From positions 1 to 61,118 of the IMG/VR virus record IMGVR_UViG_3300045141_000235: a stretch of 61,118 bases of DNA, one strand, 5' to 3'. A program made the position numbers and the translations under genes. Source of the DNA: a virus. Taxonomy: Duplodnaviria > Caudoviricetes. The first letter of the stretch is position 1; every line of letters begins with the position of its first letter. Shown here piece after piece: positions 19,501 through 28,588 of the stretch. The notes beneath the pieces are model-generated. The model made no database searches. It had not been told where the DNA came from and saw only the letters and a program-made list of their open reading frames with translations.

Positions 19501-22500
19501 CGGCGAGAATGTGTTGTTTCAGGCTCAGGCACCGTATGAGGCGGGCGGCGGCGTGCCCGCCCTGACCCCTGCCGGCGAGTATAATCTTCCCGATGCACAG
19601 ACCGGTCCCGATCAGGTACAGGCGCCGCGTGGAAAAGCTCCTGGCGGGCAGCCGCCGGCCTCCGGCCAAGGGGACCTATTCACCGCGGCCGCGTTACCGG
19701 GTTTCCAAAAAGGCCCGCAGCCCCCAATCGTCGTAAGTGCCGTGCAACGCGGCCTCATGCGTATCGGCTACGACAGGCTCGATACGCCAGAGAAGGCAGC
19801 GCAGGCTTTCTCGGCCCTTCGCAAATCCCCGCGTGAGCATTTCCAGATCATCGTGACGGATGCTCAGGATCGACCGCTCGCGGCGTGGCATCTATTCTCA
19901 GGTACGCTGACGACATCGAGCGTTTATCCGCGCGAGGTGATGACCGCGATTTACATGACCCCTGGGGCGGGCAAAGTCTGGTTTTCGCACAATCATCCGT
20001 CGGGAGTGGCCGATCCAAGCCATGCCGATCAAATGCTGACTGAGGGTTTGGTAAGAGCGGGCCTGGGGCGCGACATCGGGGTGGAACTCGCAGGCCACAT
20101 CATCATCGCCGCCCGGCGGGCGCGGATGTTCAGTGCTGCAGATCCATTGGGCTATGTGTTCGACATCCCGGCTGCCTCGCGCAAGGTCGCCATTCCGATT
20201 CTTGAGAGGACGATCACGCGCCAGTCATTTGCTGACCGAGCACCCCTGAATAATCCAGATCGCGTTCGCAATTACCTGAGCGACGAGAAAAATCGCCCGC
20301 GGGAGCCGGGGCTTTTGCTTATGGACGCCCAGAACCGCCCGCTTGGGTTCTGGCCGATCTCGGTTGCCGACATGGGCGCACTCAGAACCAGCGATGTCAA
20401 CACCGGCGCCGGGCGGGTGATCCAGATGGTTGGCCGGTTGAACCCCGGAGCCGCCATTGCCTACGTGCCTGGGGTAGATGACTTCACAACCCAGAGGGCG
20501 GTTGCCAACATAGGCTCGCTCTTAAACGGTATTGATGTGCGCATGATCGACGGCTTCGTGGTCGAGCCCGGGCCGCAGGGTAAGGTTACAAGCTACGCCG
20601 AGCGCGGATTTGATCTGGCGGCTCCTACGTTCTATTCGCGCGGGGACACCGGCGCAACTGGTATTTCGGTATCCGACCTCGAGACGGCAATCGGGGAAGC
20701 GCTCGACCAGCTCGACACCGGCTACACGCTGCACGCGAATATCGAAGAAGCGCGGGCGGCCACCGGCGCCCAACACCCGGCCGACGCCAAGGCGTTCTTT
20801 GACAACGGGCGGATGCACTTCGTAGCCGCCAATCTGGATAGCGCCCAGGACGCCGAAGAACAACTCTGGCATGAGACGCTCCACGCTGGCATAGCCCGCC
20901 TGTACGGGCAGCGCGGACGGGCCTATGAGCAGGCCTTGACCACCATCGCCGGGCGCAACCCGAACCTCCGAACTGAGGCTCGGCAATGGCGTGAGGACTT
21001 CGGAGAGGACGCAAGGCGCACCGCAGTCGATTCGGGCATGACAGATGACCAGGCGCGCCGCCACGTGACGCTCACGAGCTATGAGGAGGCCCTGGCGAGG
21101 CTATCCGGGCGCAATGCCAAAATCAGCGGTCTGTCGCAGTTCTTGGCGGCTGTGCAGCGGTTCCTGCGGGCGGTTGGATTGACGCGCCTGGCGGATGCCA
21201 TGGAGGCAGCCACGGACGCAGAAGCGCTCAATCTCGTGCTGCGGGCGCGCGAGGCGGTGACAACAGGGCGGGGAGTGGCGGGGCCGGTATCGTCAGCCAC
21301 GCTTGAGACGAAGTTCTCGCGGACTACACCTCAAGCAACAGCCCAATTCAAAGCCTTGCTCGACACTTTGGGGCGCGACGACGTAAACGCTATCCTGGGC
21401 GACTGGAACGATTCGGAGCTGTCCGAGGATGGCAGCCGTATCGTTCAATATTCTGGCCGTGACCGCGAGTTCTCAACCGGAAAAGAGGGCGGTAAACACA
21501 CCATACCGAAAGCCGATTTTCTGTCGTGGCTCGCAAGCGACGCGCCGTTTGCCGAGATCAAAGACCCAGAATGGCGCGCACAGATTGAGGCTGCGCGGCG
21601 GGCGGCTTTTGGAGAACAGCGCGGCGCTTTGCGTATCGACCAAACGCAGACCCCGGAATTCAAGAATTTTTTCGGGGATTGGGAAGCGTTGCGCGCTCAG
21701 GGAAAACTCGACTCCATGATGCCGGTGTCCATACAGATTCCTGCCGGCTGGGAGCGCTTGCCCAAAACAGAACTTCGCCAGCGTGTAGCTGATGCGCTTG
21801 ACGCCGCCGTGCGTGATCGTGCGGAAATAGTGCATCCAGAGTTGGGCGCCATCAAGATAGGTCGGCGCGGAGTAAACAAGACCATCAGCGCGAGCCCTGA
21901 CCCGGCGAAGCTGCTGATTGCGAATGATCTGGCAAACGTCATTCCAGCAACCGTAGTAATGGCGACACAGCCTGGAAACGCTCCCAACATTTTGCAGAGG
22001 ACTACCCTTGCCGCCCGCGTGCAAATAGGGCGCACGGAACTCGTTGCGCTCGCGGCGGTTAATCAGCAGGAAGATGGGCGCTGGTACTACAATACGGTGG
22101 TCGTAGAAGACCCCCAAATACAAACCCCGACCGAAGCCGGGGCAGGGACTCCTGGGCATGTGCGGGGCGCAACGGCCGAAACCGAAAGTAACCCGCTCCT
22201 AACAGAAGTCGCGAACTTTATACGCCGCTCGCTTCGCCGCGTCAATCCTGCGCTCGTTTCCAAGGTGGTCGATGCAAGCGACAAGCCGCTTGCGGTATAT
22301 AACGGCACAACTGCCGTTTTTACGGCGTTCTCGCTAAACAAACTTGGTGAAAAGACAGGCGCGGCAGACGCGAGGGAAGGTTTCTTTTTCTCCGAGAATC
22401 CTGATGCTGCCGAGCAGTTCACGTGGGCGGATGGCGAGAAGTCAGGGTCGATCATGCCCGTCTATCTCGCCATTAAAAATCCGTTCGTTTCAGATCATGT

Positions 22501-25500
22501 GTTGAACGGTGCTACGGGTACAATTGCCGGGAAGATCATCGCGCAGGCCAAGGCGTCGGGCCATGATGGCGTGATTTTCACACAATCCGACATGCTTGGT
22601 CATAAGGGTAAAACTTACGTTGCTTTCCGCCCAGAACAAATTAAATCCGCGATCGGCAATACCGGAACCTTCAGCCCAACGAACCCCGACATACGCTACA
22701 GCCGCGGCCCTGTCGCCGCCGTCCAGCCGGCACTGAATAGCGCCCGCCAGGTCATAGACGACATCATCACGTCCGACCGGGTATTGAATCGCGTTATCTC
22801 GAAGGTCAATACGCCGTTTCACTTGGCCGAGACGCACCCGGAATTCAAGCCCGTCTATACCGAAGCGCAGAACTACACCGCCGACACCTCGCGCTACGCG
22901 AACGAGGCGGCCGACCAGGCGCCCAATCTTCTGGTCAGGATTGAATCCTTTGGCGACTTCAATCGCACGCTTCCAACCGACGCTGATCTGTCAGCAATCG
23001 AGCGGGCGCTGCATATCGGGACCCTGTGGGGGGGCCCATCCCCATTGCAGGGGAGGCTCTGGCGCGACGCCGAACTCAAAGCCGGGCGGATCAAGGAGGG
23101 CGGGCTGCCAGTCTTCACGCCCTTGAACGACGCCCAGATCAAGCTCTACCGGCAGCACTTGGCCGCGGTTTCCACCGGGCTCGAAGAACACTCGAAGTCG
23201 CTCATCTGGAAGATCGCCGATACAGCCGGGCTCGAAGTGGACCACGAGATGCCGATCGCGGATGTAGCGCAAAACGCCCGCGATGCGGCCGATGGCGCAA
23301 TTGAGACGTTAAATGCGCGACTTCAATACCTCTCGGACCAGGACCGGATTGACGGGCATGTGCAGGGCATGGACGCGGCCCGCGCCTCTGAATACCGCAG
23401 GAAGCAGGAAGACGAAGCGGCTCGCGTGGCGGACAAGATCGACGGGCTGGAGAAGCTCAAAGCCTCGGTTTCAGACATTGAGCAAAAGACCGCCGATCTG
23501 ATTGCCCACGGCTACACCCCGCTCATGCGCTTTGGCGCCTATGCGGTCAACGTGGTGAGCTTTGATGAAAATGGGGCCGAGACCGAGGAATTCTTCGGGC
23601 GCTACGACACCCAGCAGGAGGCGAATCGCGCCAAGCGCGATCTCGCTCGTGAATTCAAAGATCAGAATGTGCGGATCACCAGCAGCGTTTTGCCACAGGA
23701 AGCACACAAGCTATTCCAGGGCTTGAATCTGGATGCGCTGTCGATCTTCGCAGAGTACATGACGGACGATGAAGGCCGCCCGATTTCTGAGAACCCTGCG
23801 ATCCAGGCATACCTGCGCCTGGCGACAACCGAGAGGAGCGCCCTGAACCGCATGATTCACCGCAAGGGCACGCCGGGCTTCTCGAAAGACGTATCCCGCG
23901 GCCTGGCGCAGTTCACAGTTTCGATGGCGCAGGCGACGTCGCGCAATTATCACTCAGCCTCGATGCTCTCGCTTGCCAACGACATCCGGGCGGGCGACCT
24001 AAAAGACTATGCCGCGCGCTATGTGCGGTATTTGCAGGACCCGCAGGAGGAAGCGCAGGCGTTGCGGGGGTTCCTGGCCCAGTACTACATCCTGGGGTCG
24101 ATTGCGTTCGGTGCGGTCAATCTCACGCAACCGATTTTGATGACGGTGCCCGCTCTCTCGGCGCACACGAGCTACGCCAATGCCATGCGCGAGATCGTGC
24201 GCGCGGCCGGCAACATGGTAACGGGACGCAAGACCCTGAGCGCCGAAGAGCGCCATGCCTACAACCGGGCGGCAAAAGCGGGCAAAGTCAGCCCGCAGGA
24301 AATTCACCAGTTGCGGGCGGACACCAAGGCCACCATGTTCGGCGCATCTCCAATGTGGCAGAAGATCGACAGCCTGCTCGCGTCTCGCGGAATGAAGCTG
24401 CCGGGCAGACTGCTTATGCGCAAGCTCTCGTTTGTCTGGGGCAGTATTTATGCGCTTACCGAACAAGTGAATAGAGGAACAACTTTCCTCGCGGCGTACC
24501 GAATCGCAAAGCAAAACAAAGAGCGTGATCCGTACGGATTTGCAGTGAACATGGTCGATGCGACGCAAGGCGTGTACGCGAGATCAAATCGACCTGAAAT
24601 TTCGCGCGGCCCGATTGGCGCTCCTCTTCTCGTATTCAAACAATTTTCAATCGCATATATTGAACTCGCCAAGCGGCTCTATGACACGGACAAAAAAGCT
24701 TTCGCAGTTCTGATGCTGACTCTCATAGCGCTTGCGGGCGCTGACGGCCTACCATTCGCGGAGGACGTCGAGGATTTAATCGATGTTTTGGGACAATGGA
24801 TGGGTTATGCCACGAACTCGAAAAAGGAATTGCGTAAGCTCGCCACCAATCTGCTCGGCAAAGAAATGGGGGATGTGCTTCTCCACGGCATGAGTGCGAT
24901 TCCAGGAATGCCGATCGACGTCTCGCAGAGAATGGGGATGCACAATTTGATTCCAGGGACAGGATTGCTGAAAACGAGCGAAGCGGATAAAACGCGAGAC
25001 ATTCAGGACATCTTAGGCCCGGCCGCGAGCCTTGCCAAGAACATCGGGCAGGCGGTCGAGGGTATTGCAACCGGGCACCCTGGACAGGTGAAGCTGCTGG
25101 CTCCACTTGCGATCCAGAACATCCTGAAGGGTATTGAGATGGCGCAGACGGACGTTTATACGGATCAGCGCGGACGGAAAATTCTCTCTGTTGATGCCGT
25201 TGACAGTATTTTCAAAATGATAGGTTTCCAGCCAGCAGCAGTCGCCGCCGAAACCCGCATCGTCGGCCAGAACCAGCAGGACATCGCGCTGCAGAAGATC
25301 ATTGAATCCAGCATTGCAGATAATTGGGCGCACGGGCTGACTGATCCAGACCCGGATCTGGTGCGCCGCTCGCGCGAGCAACTGGCTGAGTGGAATTCTA
25401 AAAACCCAGAGCTAATTATTCGCTTGAACCAGGGACAAATCTTGCGCCGCGTGCGCGAGATCAGATCGACGCGAGAGCAGAGATTTATTCGTAGCGCACC

Positions 25501-25543
25501 ACCGGAAATTCGCGGTAGTGTGCGTCAGGACTTCCCGCAGTAG
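13562..25543 (+). CDS. Giant polyvalent virion protein (3,993 aa) with C-terminal PLxRFG domain
   Basis: DUF5710-like (YLAVPF...AK..GAKWD...KLWF), DdrB-like ParB (LQNRDRS; AGNGR), RadC/JAB (HNHPSG...PS.AD), zincin HETLH, ART-PolyVal-like (GFFFS...MPVYL.IKNP...GHDGV..QIKSA.GN.GTF) and GYTPLMRFG. Confidence 0.85.
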   Translation: MDGPENIPQWPDIKSSSVFNALDDAEKERTRAAYFRQIIEPTLEPGQVASARSQWDELTGPVGPTSITDYGASALSGAASGLGMIFQGGGELLARGVNAVAGTSLRAINPLQGAIDYLQESQTPGAKRAQAQSQISGSLFDPSTYDFGTNPNASGLALQGLNAIGQFAPNLAIAIATSGASIPAQLGIGATVGGLQALGGGAEEERTKFMAMGDDELAASSQLYRDLVANGTKPEVAKRAVAEAAALGGGIGNAIPSAAEGAFENFLIGAITRGRFRFPSVFGAGAGVAGKVATGLVGGAMLGGSEEAVEQIGQNLGVNAAIGGNRQLTADTLQQFVMGAIAEGAAGGGGAYVARNIAQERQAPAIPGASSSFGGVPPGPSPADQFSRQAEATATAIQSQPTVEAAAGAAQDTIGGVPLDVLIARAEKSLGVIGQTTARIGLINAASKSEGVGPIGTALRDTLGPPQPETGITTPLPVRLFGQPIEEVGDAELDQAIQNHPMSAFRVAAEQEKARRAANVDRGTSTGDSNAPGIIGPTAQNIPQAQPEQGGAGQRDVAVGIPAAAGVTGGTAGPTTAIQPAAPQDAPIPQAVAPVTTLLGYPIAEFTTPQLQNILPLLKPEARPGLMAEIARRAPPPAPPVKPATAVAPPPTTEGTRIYLAVPFTSRNFAKTHGAKWDSEEKLWFDEKRKDGQINISLRHFIPQRDAVVRDKNYARAAALNATTETGREHHAIPHPDPMLAGGYTVVEKGAPARTAAPPPPPAPKPLTGTVLQNRDRSSAASRAWIKSASANLSYLGTGPSTNFQSGAFVGFEDQPTIPANRFGREGRILAAGGRIIPFRYAVVDIRDTLRSHAADGTPNEGYETGVPGKVRIVAGNGRGEAIAEAFRTGRAARYVEDFRADAEGHGIAPSEIDAVEQPALIRVIAASEITPDIGDLSNISQAADLSPAEKATNDARRLDMSGLEFSEDGQITRNAVKQFVAALPDTERSGLIDHAGEPTRQAYDRLTNAVFLQAYGDAELVSLQSQATDPEARTVMTALTRAAPVMMKLEGAESLDIRSVVIEAAKAAVNAKRQGASLVRFAQQVDLTMHPESSLVLKFFADNIRSAARIADGLTRAATTAVEEAAKPATDMFGAVPRASRADILRRLSETDIQENLGERAGVKTPGQDVERGGTGQPGPADNRPAEEGGPAETGLRQPTPEYEAAGVAPPGAAEAISRHGLPENTAWDRGRGPISDKWAASASGVQSNYHATADAAAKELREFLDAAGHARAADEAVNRAQNSAADKLRRGENPTFPEWKAAFPQLRQGHTYLRQPDIAPFLIEHFGFRRNDIRSNLGEAAGTLTSDTGAQYPIVYFNKLERVLSQAPPAFDLAGQTPEELRAAARARRAEAATKSAAERAAAEAAASALEREAIRQAAAKDGPLELTPTSAVDKATQKALDEKDALDQLSGQGGLFQTRARYEVVPRLSVLHNLNAENLKFADRLGGLPVPSLGIVREGMGISGMGDITLIGRRELADPAAQPVHDADTYSPTFPRPEYDKARYATAERLFNELKPFGDKFDDGNSQHVTVDNSVTNPDPQKIIATWVSGPAPQAMFLSGKGVDVEPVMMDKSVTFNWVRFGNVERMRALLKEITGDPTPANDVAHRATVDLIEEMRAAIRRDPDYQRYRKLAGAAQAMAGKAHIFGASGQWINAADAADKMPGAILYRLQDSIDGLGKQEVDRSATRERLAEALKGQEAEFKTWVDDKVMAMFGRPFLRLRGRKEPYNLANIVEAMSGRVRATEETMTFGPGKARAAAASRFQDIEQMRRAASQIGDESEIKAARDHAAKLLEDWRNSVIDYYGDPVEGRNAFGRTWDALDASMKALARWARGAKTEANMKRALATEGFRTGEMSDYHFEDGVAAGQAWMKAPVPYFEAKPQRAVALNEFAGAVIPEKTDAATRTILDKHGIPYRTYAEGQQQRATDEFRAELAGRGENVLFQAQAPYEAGGGVPALTPAGEYNLPDAQTGPDQVQAPRGKAPGGQPPASGQGDLFTAAALPGFQKGPQPPIVVSAVQRGLMRIGYDRLDTPEKAAQAFSALRKSPREHFQIIVTDAQDRPLAAWHLFSGTLTTSSVYPREVMTAIYMTPGAGKVWFSHNHPSGVADPSHADQMLTEGLVRAGLGRDIGVELAGHIIIAARRARMFSAADPLGYVFDIPAASRKVAIPILERTITRQSFADRAPLNNPDRVRNYLSDEKNRPREPGLLLMDAQNRPLGFWPISVADMGALRTSDVNTGAGRVIQMVGRLNPGAAIAYVPGVDDFTTQRAVANIGSLLNGIDVRMIDGFVVEPGPQGKVTSYAERGFDLAAPTFYSRGDTGATGISVSDLETAIGEALDQLDTGYTLHANIEEARAATGAQHPADAKAFFDNGRMHFVAANLDSAQDAEEQLWHETLHAGIARLYGQRGRAYEQALTTIAGRNPNLRTEARQWREDFGEDARRTAVDSGMTDDQARRHVTLTSYEEALARLSGRNAKISGLSQFLAAVQRFLRAVGLTRLADAMEAATDAEALNLVLRAREAVTTGRGVAGPVSSATLETKFSRTTPQATAQFKALLDTLGRDDVNAILGDWNDSELSEDGSRIVQYSGRDREFSTGKEGGKHTIPKADFLSWLASDAPFAEIKDPEWRAQIEAARRAAFGEQRGALRIDQTQTPEFKNFFGDWEALRAQGKLDSMMPVSIQIPAGWERLPKTELRQRVADALDAAVRDRAEIVHPELGAIKIGRRGVNKTISASPDPAKLLIANDLANVIPATVVMATQPGNAPNILQRTTLAARVQIGRTELVALAAVNQQEDGRWYYNTVVVEDPQIQTPTEAGAGTPGHVRGATAETESNPLLTEVANFIRRSLRRVNPALVSKVVDASDKPLAVYNGTTAVFTAFSLNKLGEKTGAADAREGFFFSENPDAAEQFTWADGEKSGSIMPVYLAIKNPFVSDHVLNGATGTIAGKIIAQAKASGHDGVIFTQSDMLGHKGKTYVAFRPEQIKSAIGNTGTFSPTNPDIRYSRGPVAAVQPALNSARQVIDDIITSDRVLNRVISKVNTPFHLAETHPEFKPVYTEAQNYTADTSRYANEAADQAPNLLVRIESFGDFNRTLPTDADLSAIERALHIGTLWGGPSPLQGRLWRDAELKAGRIKEGGLPVFTPLNDAQIKLYRQHLAAVSTGLEEHSKSLIWKIADTAGLEVDHEMPIADVAQNARDAADGAIETLNARLQYLSDQDRIDGHVQGMDAARASEYRRKQEDEAARVADKIDGLEKLKASVSDIEQKTADLIAHGYTPLMRFGAYAVNVVSFDENGAETEEFFGRYDTQQEANRAKRDLAREFKDQNVRITSSVLPQEAHKLFQGLNLDALSIFAEYMTDDEGRPISENPAIQAYLRLATTERSALNRMIHRKGTPGFSKDVSRGLAQFTVSMAQATSRNYHSASMLSLANDIRAGDLKDYAARYVRYLQDPQEEAQALRGFLAQYYILGSIAFGAVNLTQPILMTVPALSAHTSYANAMREIVRAAGNMVTGRKTLSAEERHAYNRAAKAGKVSPQEIHQLRADTKATMFGASPMWQKIDSLLASRGMKLPGRLLMRKLSFVWGSIYALTEQVNRGTTFLAAYRIAKQNKERDPYGFAVNMVDATQGVYARSNRPEISRGPIGAPLLVFKQFSIAYIELAKRLYDTDKKAFAVLMLTLIALAGADGLPFAEDVEDLIDVLGQWMGYATNSKKELRKLATNLLGKEMGDVLLHGMSAIPGMPIDVSQRMGMHNLIPGTGLLKTSEADKTRDIQDILGPAASLAKNIGQAVEGIATGHPGQVKLLAPLAIQNILKGIEMAQTDVYTDQRGRKILSVDAVDSIFKMIGFQPAAVAAETRIVGQNQQDIALQKIIESSIADNWAHGLTDPDPDLVRRSREQLAEWNSKNPELIIRLNQGQILRRVREIRSTREQRFIRSAPPEIRGSVRQDFPQ

Positions 25544-25658
25544 ATGTTAGAGGCGGGCGCCATTGCCGCCTACCTGGTTTTTTTCACCCTAGTCGCGTAC
25601 GTCTGCGAGCGCTGGTCGCCGCTTGTTGGAATCGGCGGGCTGCTGCTGATCTTGGCTG

Positions 25659-26087
25659 TTGCCAAAATGTTGTGAAGGAGTTTTGTTGACCACATCAACC
25701 GATAATTCGAAGCGGGCGCTTTATTTCGGATACGCTCCTGGAGGCGGCCATTTTCTACAATGTCCAAACAAGCCGCTGTCCCTAGCGCCAGAGCGAGATG
25801 TTCCGGGCTTCCCTTGGAATATTGGTCTGCTCGATTGTGGTCTGCTGAAAAACGGCCGTCACGACGACGTTTATGACGGCCGCGTGTTCTGGACGTGTGG
25901 CGGTGATCCCCTATGGCTGGCATTTGTCTGGTGGGATCGCTCCGGTGATAAGCGCGGCGCGTCAAATTCTGGATTCTATGTCCAGGGTTTTCAACTAACT
26001 GATCGACAGGCTGCATTCGATTACGCCAGTTCTATCTTCCCGCAGGTTATTGCACGCCAAACTCACCCATTGGTGCTTGAGCCATGA
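25659..26087 (+). CDS. Hypothetical protein (start uncertain)
   Basis: Aromatic-rich ORF (ALYFG...GGGHFL; WWDRSGDKRGASNSGF) ending the + strand block. Confidence 0.55.
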   Translation: MPKCCEGVLLTTSTDNSKRALYFGYAPGGGHFLQCPNKPLSLAPERDVPGFPWNIGLLDCGLLKNGRHDDVYDGRVFWTCGGDPLWLAFVWWDRSGDKRGASNSGFYVQGFQLTDRQAAFDYASSIFPQVIARQTHPLVLEP

Positions 26088-26099
26088 CCGACGTCGCCC

Positions 26100-26786
26100 C
26101 TATGTAGCTATATCAATTTGTCGAATTGCCTTGCTTAACGCTTCCCATGCTTCGCGCACTAGGGAGTCCGGCGGGTTGTATGAGTAGCCGATGCCATTGA
26201 TAACGATACCGTCAGGGTGCGCGAAACTTTTAATCCGGGTTAATCGCATTACGGCGGTTTCAAGCATTGCCGCATAGCGTGCTTTCTCGTAGAGCAAAGC
26301 CTGGTTCTGCGCCTTCAGCCGATCTATTTCGTCCTCGAGCTCGGGTTGTCTTGTTTCCGGCGTGTCGTAGTGTTTCAGCCTGTTATTGAGTTTCTCAATC
26401 TCCGCGTCGCGCCGAGCGAATCCAGCGAGGGCTAATTCGTTGAGCTCGTTATACGTTCGTTCATAGACAAGCGCGTCACCGCCCCTAAATACAACGACTG
26501 GTTCTTGACCAAGTTCGCTCACTTGACGCGTGAATGGTAGTAGTGGCATTTTGGTACCACATAGATCAAATCCAGGATCAAGGTCTTCATCGAAACACCT
26601 CTGCATGTTCCTGTTTGGCCGCATCTCAATACCACAATGCGGGCAGTTTGGTATGTCCGACCCGTAAGCCGGGGACGTGCCGTCGGCATAAACGACCGAG
26701 GAGCTTCTTGCCACATCGTCTACGGGGTTGCCTACATACCAGCCAACGATCTTGCCACAAGGTGTGTGCCGTATCGGAGTAGCCAT
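26100..26786 (-). CDS. Hypothetical protein with Zn-ribbon-like Cys pairs and coiled coil
   Basis: HTPCG...CPHCG; likely start MATPIRH. Confidence 0.55.
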   Translation of the reverse strand: MATPIRHTPCGKIVGWYVGNPVDDVARSSSVVYADGTSPAYGSDIPNCPHCGIEMRPNRNMQRCFDEDLDPGFDLCGTKMPLLPFTRQVSELGQEPVVVFRGGDALVYERTYNELNELALAGFARRDAEIEKLNNRLKHYDTPETRQPELEDEIDRLKAQNQALLYEKARYAAMLETAVMRLTRIKSFAHPDGIVINGIGYSYNPPDSLVREAWEALSKAIRQIDIAT

Positions 26787-26796
26787 CTTGTTCGCT

Positions 26797-27081
26797 TCAG
26801 AGATAGCTCCACGAGCCATCAGGCATTGCCATTCGGTTCGCAGGCCAGCGGATAGCAACATTCATCACTGTGATCTCCATCCATACGCTGCCGTCTGCCA
26901 TTTCAACAGGGATCCCTAGTGAATGGTCTCCGGCGATGGTGATCCATCGCTCCTCTTGACGCAGGGCAGACAAAAAGCGCTCTCCTTCTTCAGGCGAGCC
27001 CAGAAGAATCACCGCAGGAGGCTTCAAGTTCGCTGCTGAAAATGCGAACCGCGTTTTTGCTATCGCATCAAGTATGTCCAC
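26797..27081 (-). CDS. Hypothetical protein
   Basis: Packed ORF in the leftward early operon; probable GTG start. Confidence 0.45.
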   Translation of the reverse strand: MDILDAIAKTRFAFSAANLKPPAVILLGSPEEGERFLSALRQEERWITIAGDHSLGIPVEMADGSVWMEITVMNVAIRWPANRMAMPDGSWSYL

Positions 27082-27397
27082 TGTTAAACTCCCCCGCCTG
27101 CGGCAACGGCCGACCTGACGCTGCTTCGGCATGCCTAATCAGTGACTGCGCGATGTCAATTGCTTGCTTAGGCGTGAATGCCACCCATTTCGTAGGGTGC
27201 GGGAACGCAATCCCAACGCTACCTTTTTCATGCCCAATTACCACCGAAACCATGCCCTCGTCTGCGGCGTTTAACCTGCCATCAGGAAACTCGCCTTGCA
27301 TTCTTAGTTGAGCCTTACGGGCGGCTTCAAGCAGCATTTTTCGTTTCGGCGAGGCGTCGCGTTCGTCTTTCGGTTCTTCTCTTCCGTGATGGCTCAT
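27068..27397 (-). CDS. Hypothetical protein
   Basis: GEFPDGRLNAADEG...W..F.P.QA motif; packed operon. Confidence 0.55.
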   Translation of the reverse strand: MSHHGREEPKDERDASPKRKMLLEAARKAQLRMQGEFPDGRLNAADEGMVSVVIGHEKGSVGIAFPHPTKWVAFTPKQAIDIAQSLIRHAEAASGRPLPQAGEFNSGHT

Positions 27398-27594
27398 GGC
27401 TTGGCTCCATAACATTTGCGTTCGTGTTCGTTGCGGCACTTTGCTTTTGTGCAGACATAAACTGTAGCATTGAAATTGATCTGGCAGTCACTGCAAGCCC
27501 ATAGCGTAGATTCTTGGCAAACGTGACAAATTTTCTTTGCGTCGCAGACAGTGCAACAGCGGTTGCCTTTAGCGTATTGATCACGTCTTGTCAT
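27394..27594 (-). CDS. Small Cys-rich (Zn-finger-like) protein
   Basis: Several CxxC pairs in 66 aa; ATGA coupling on both sides. Confidence 0.6.
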   Translation of the reverse strand: MTRRDQYAKGNRCCTVCDAKKICHVCQESTLWACSDCQINFNATVYVCTKAKCRNEHERKCYGAKP

Positions 27595-27902
27595 GGCTTT
27601 AGCAGATCAAGAATCGCGCGTTGTGCTGCATCCCACATTTCAAATTCGTTCACGCGAACGCCGTGTGCTTTCTGCTTCATCGCCTCGCACACCGCGGCGC
27701 ATTCCCTGATCGTCTCGGCGCGCGATTGCGTGTCCACGTTGCGTCTTAACGAGGCAACGATTGCCGACAGGCTTTCAATAGTGGCTTCTTGGCATGCAAG
27801 CCGACCCGCTGCCGCTCTCAAATCACAGGGTTCGGTATCGGGCCAGGTGTATTTCGAAATGATAAGCAGCCGATCAATGAGCTGCTGCGTTTCTACTTTC
27901 AT
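27591..27902 (-). CDS. Hypothetical protein
   Basis: Coupled ORF MKVETQQ...IRECAAVCE. Confidence 0.5.
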   Translation of the reverse strand: MKVETQQLIDRLLIISKYTWPDTEPCDLRAAAGRLACQEATIESLSAIVASLRRNVDTQSRAETIRECAAVCEAMKQKAHGVRVNEFEMWDAAQRAILDLLKP

Positions 27903-28201
27903 TAGCAACTCTCCATGCGGCCATTTCGGACAAATCCGTGCCACGAACCAACGCGATGAACTGATGGCGATAACGTTGGCTTGTCCTCGTTTCCATCCCA
28001 CTCCCAAGACGGTCCATCGGTCGTGTGTGGGCGCAGATTGATGGCCGATACGGCCCCATCAGGAAGTTTCAACCACATGACCTTTCCTGCCTCTGTCTCA
28101 GTGATGTAGAAGCTGCCGGGCGGGCCATCAAGCACCGCGTCATCGTCGCAACAGCGGACCGTGTCACATGATTCAGTGTTCAATCTAAACGCGTCGCTCA
28201 C
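27902..28201 (-). CDS. DUF6527-like protein
   Basis: WEWDGN..KPTLSPS.....WHGFVRNG motif; RBS taggag. Confidence 0.6.
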   Translation of the reverse strand: MSDAFRLNTESCDTVRCCDDDAVLDGPPGSFYITETEAGKVMWLKLPDGAVSAINLRPHTTDGPSWEWDGNEDKPTLSPSVHRVGSWHGFVRNGRMESC

Positions 28202-28363
28202 GGCTTCTCCTAGGTATTAATCAGCGCGCCTTCTTCTTCCCAAGCGCTTCGCGCAACAACTGCCCGCGATAGGTCGCAGGCGCCGGCTCGCCGCGCGCTT
28301 TAGGTTCGCGCTGGCGCTTGCGCAGCAGCAGGCGGTGCATCGGAATGCCGGGCTTCTTGCCCA

Positions 28364-28588
28364 TCAGACGGGGATGGTGTCAGTCAGGGCCGTCTCGTCG
28401 AGCCACATATACTCGATTCTGGCTAACGGCTTGTCAGTTTGTTCGTCGTACCATTTACCGTCAGTACTAGCGGTCATGTAAAACACACCGCGGATAAACC
28501 ACTTGCCCAAGTCGTCTTGTAGGGCGATCAAGGCTGTGGCCGGAAGGCTGGAAGGGGCCTCGGTGTGGGGCTGCCAAGGGAGGGTCAT
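28364..28588 (-). CDS. Hypothetical protein
   Basis: Coupled ORF in the leftward operon. Confidence 0.5.
   Translation of the reverse strand: MTLPWQPHTEAPSSLPATALIALQDDLGKWFIRGVFYMTASTDGKWYDEQTDKPLARIEYMWLDETALTDTIPV

Noticed and set aside
13562-25543. DarB-like methylase/helicase or virion RNA polymerase
   Set aside because: No NPPY/F, SNF2 helicase or polymerase motifs were recognised.
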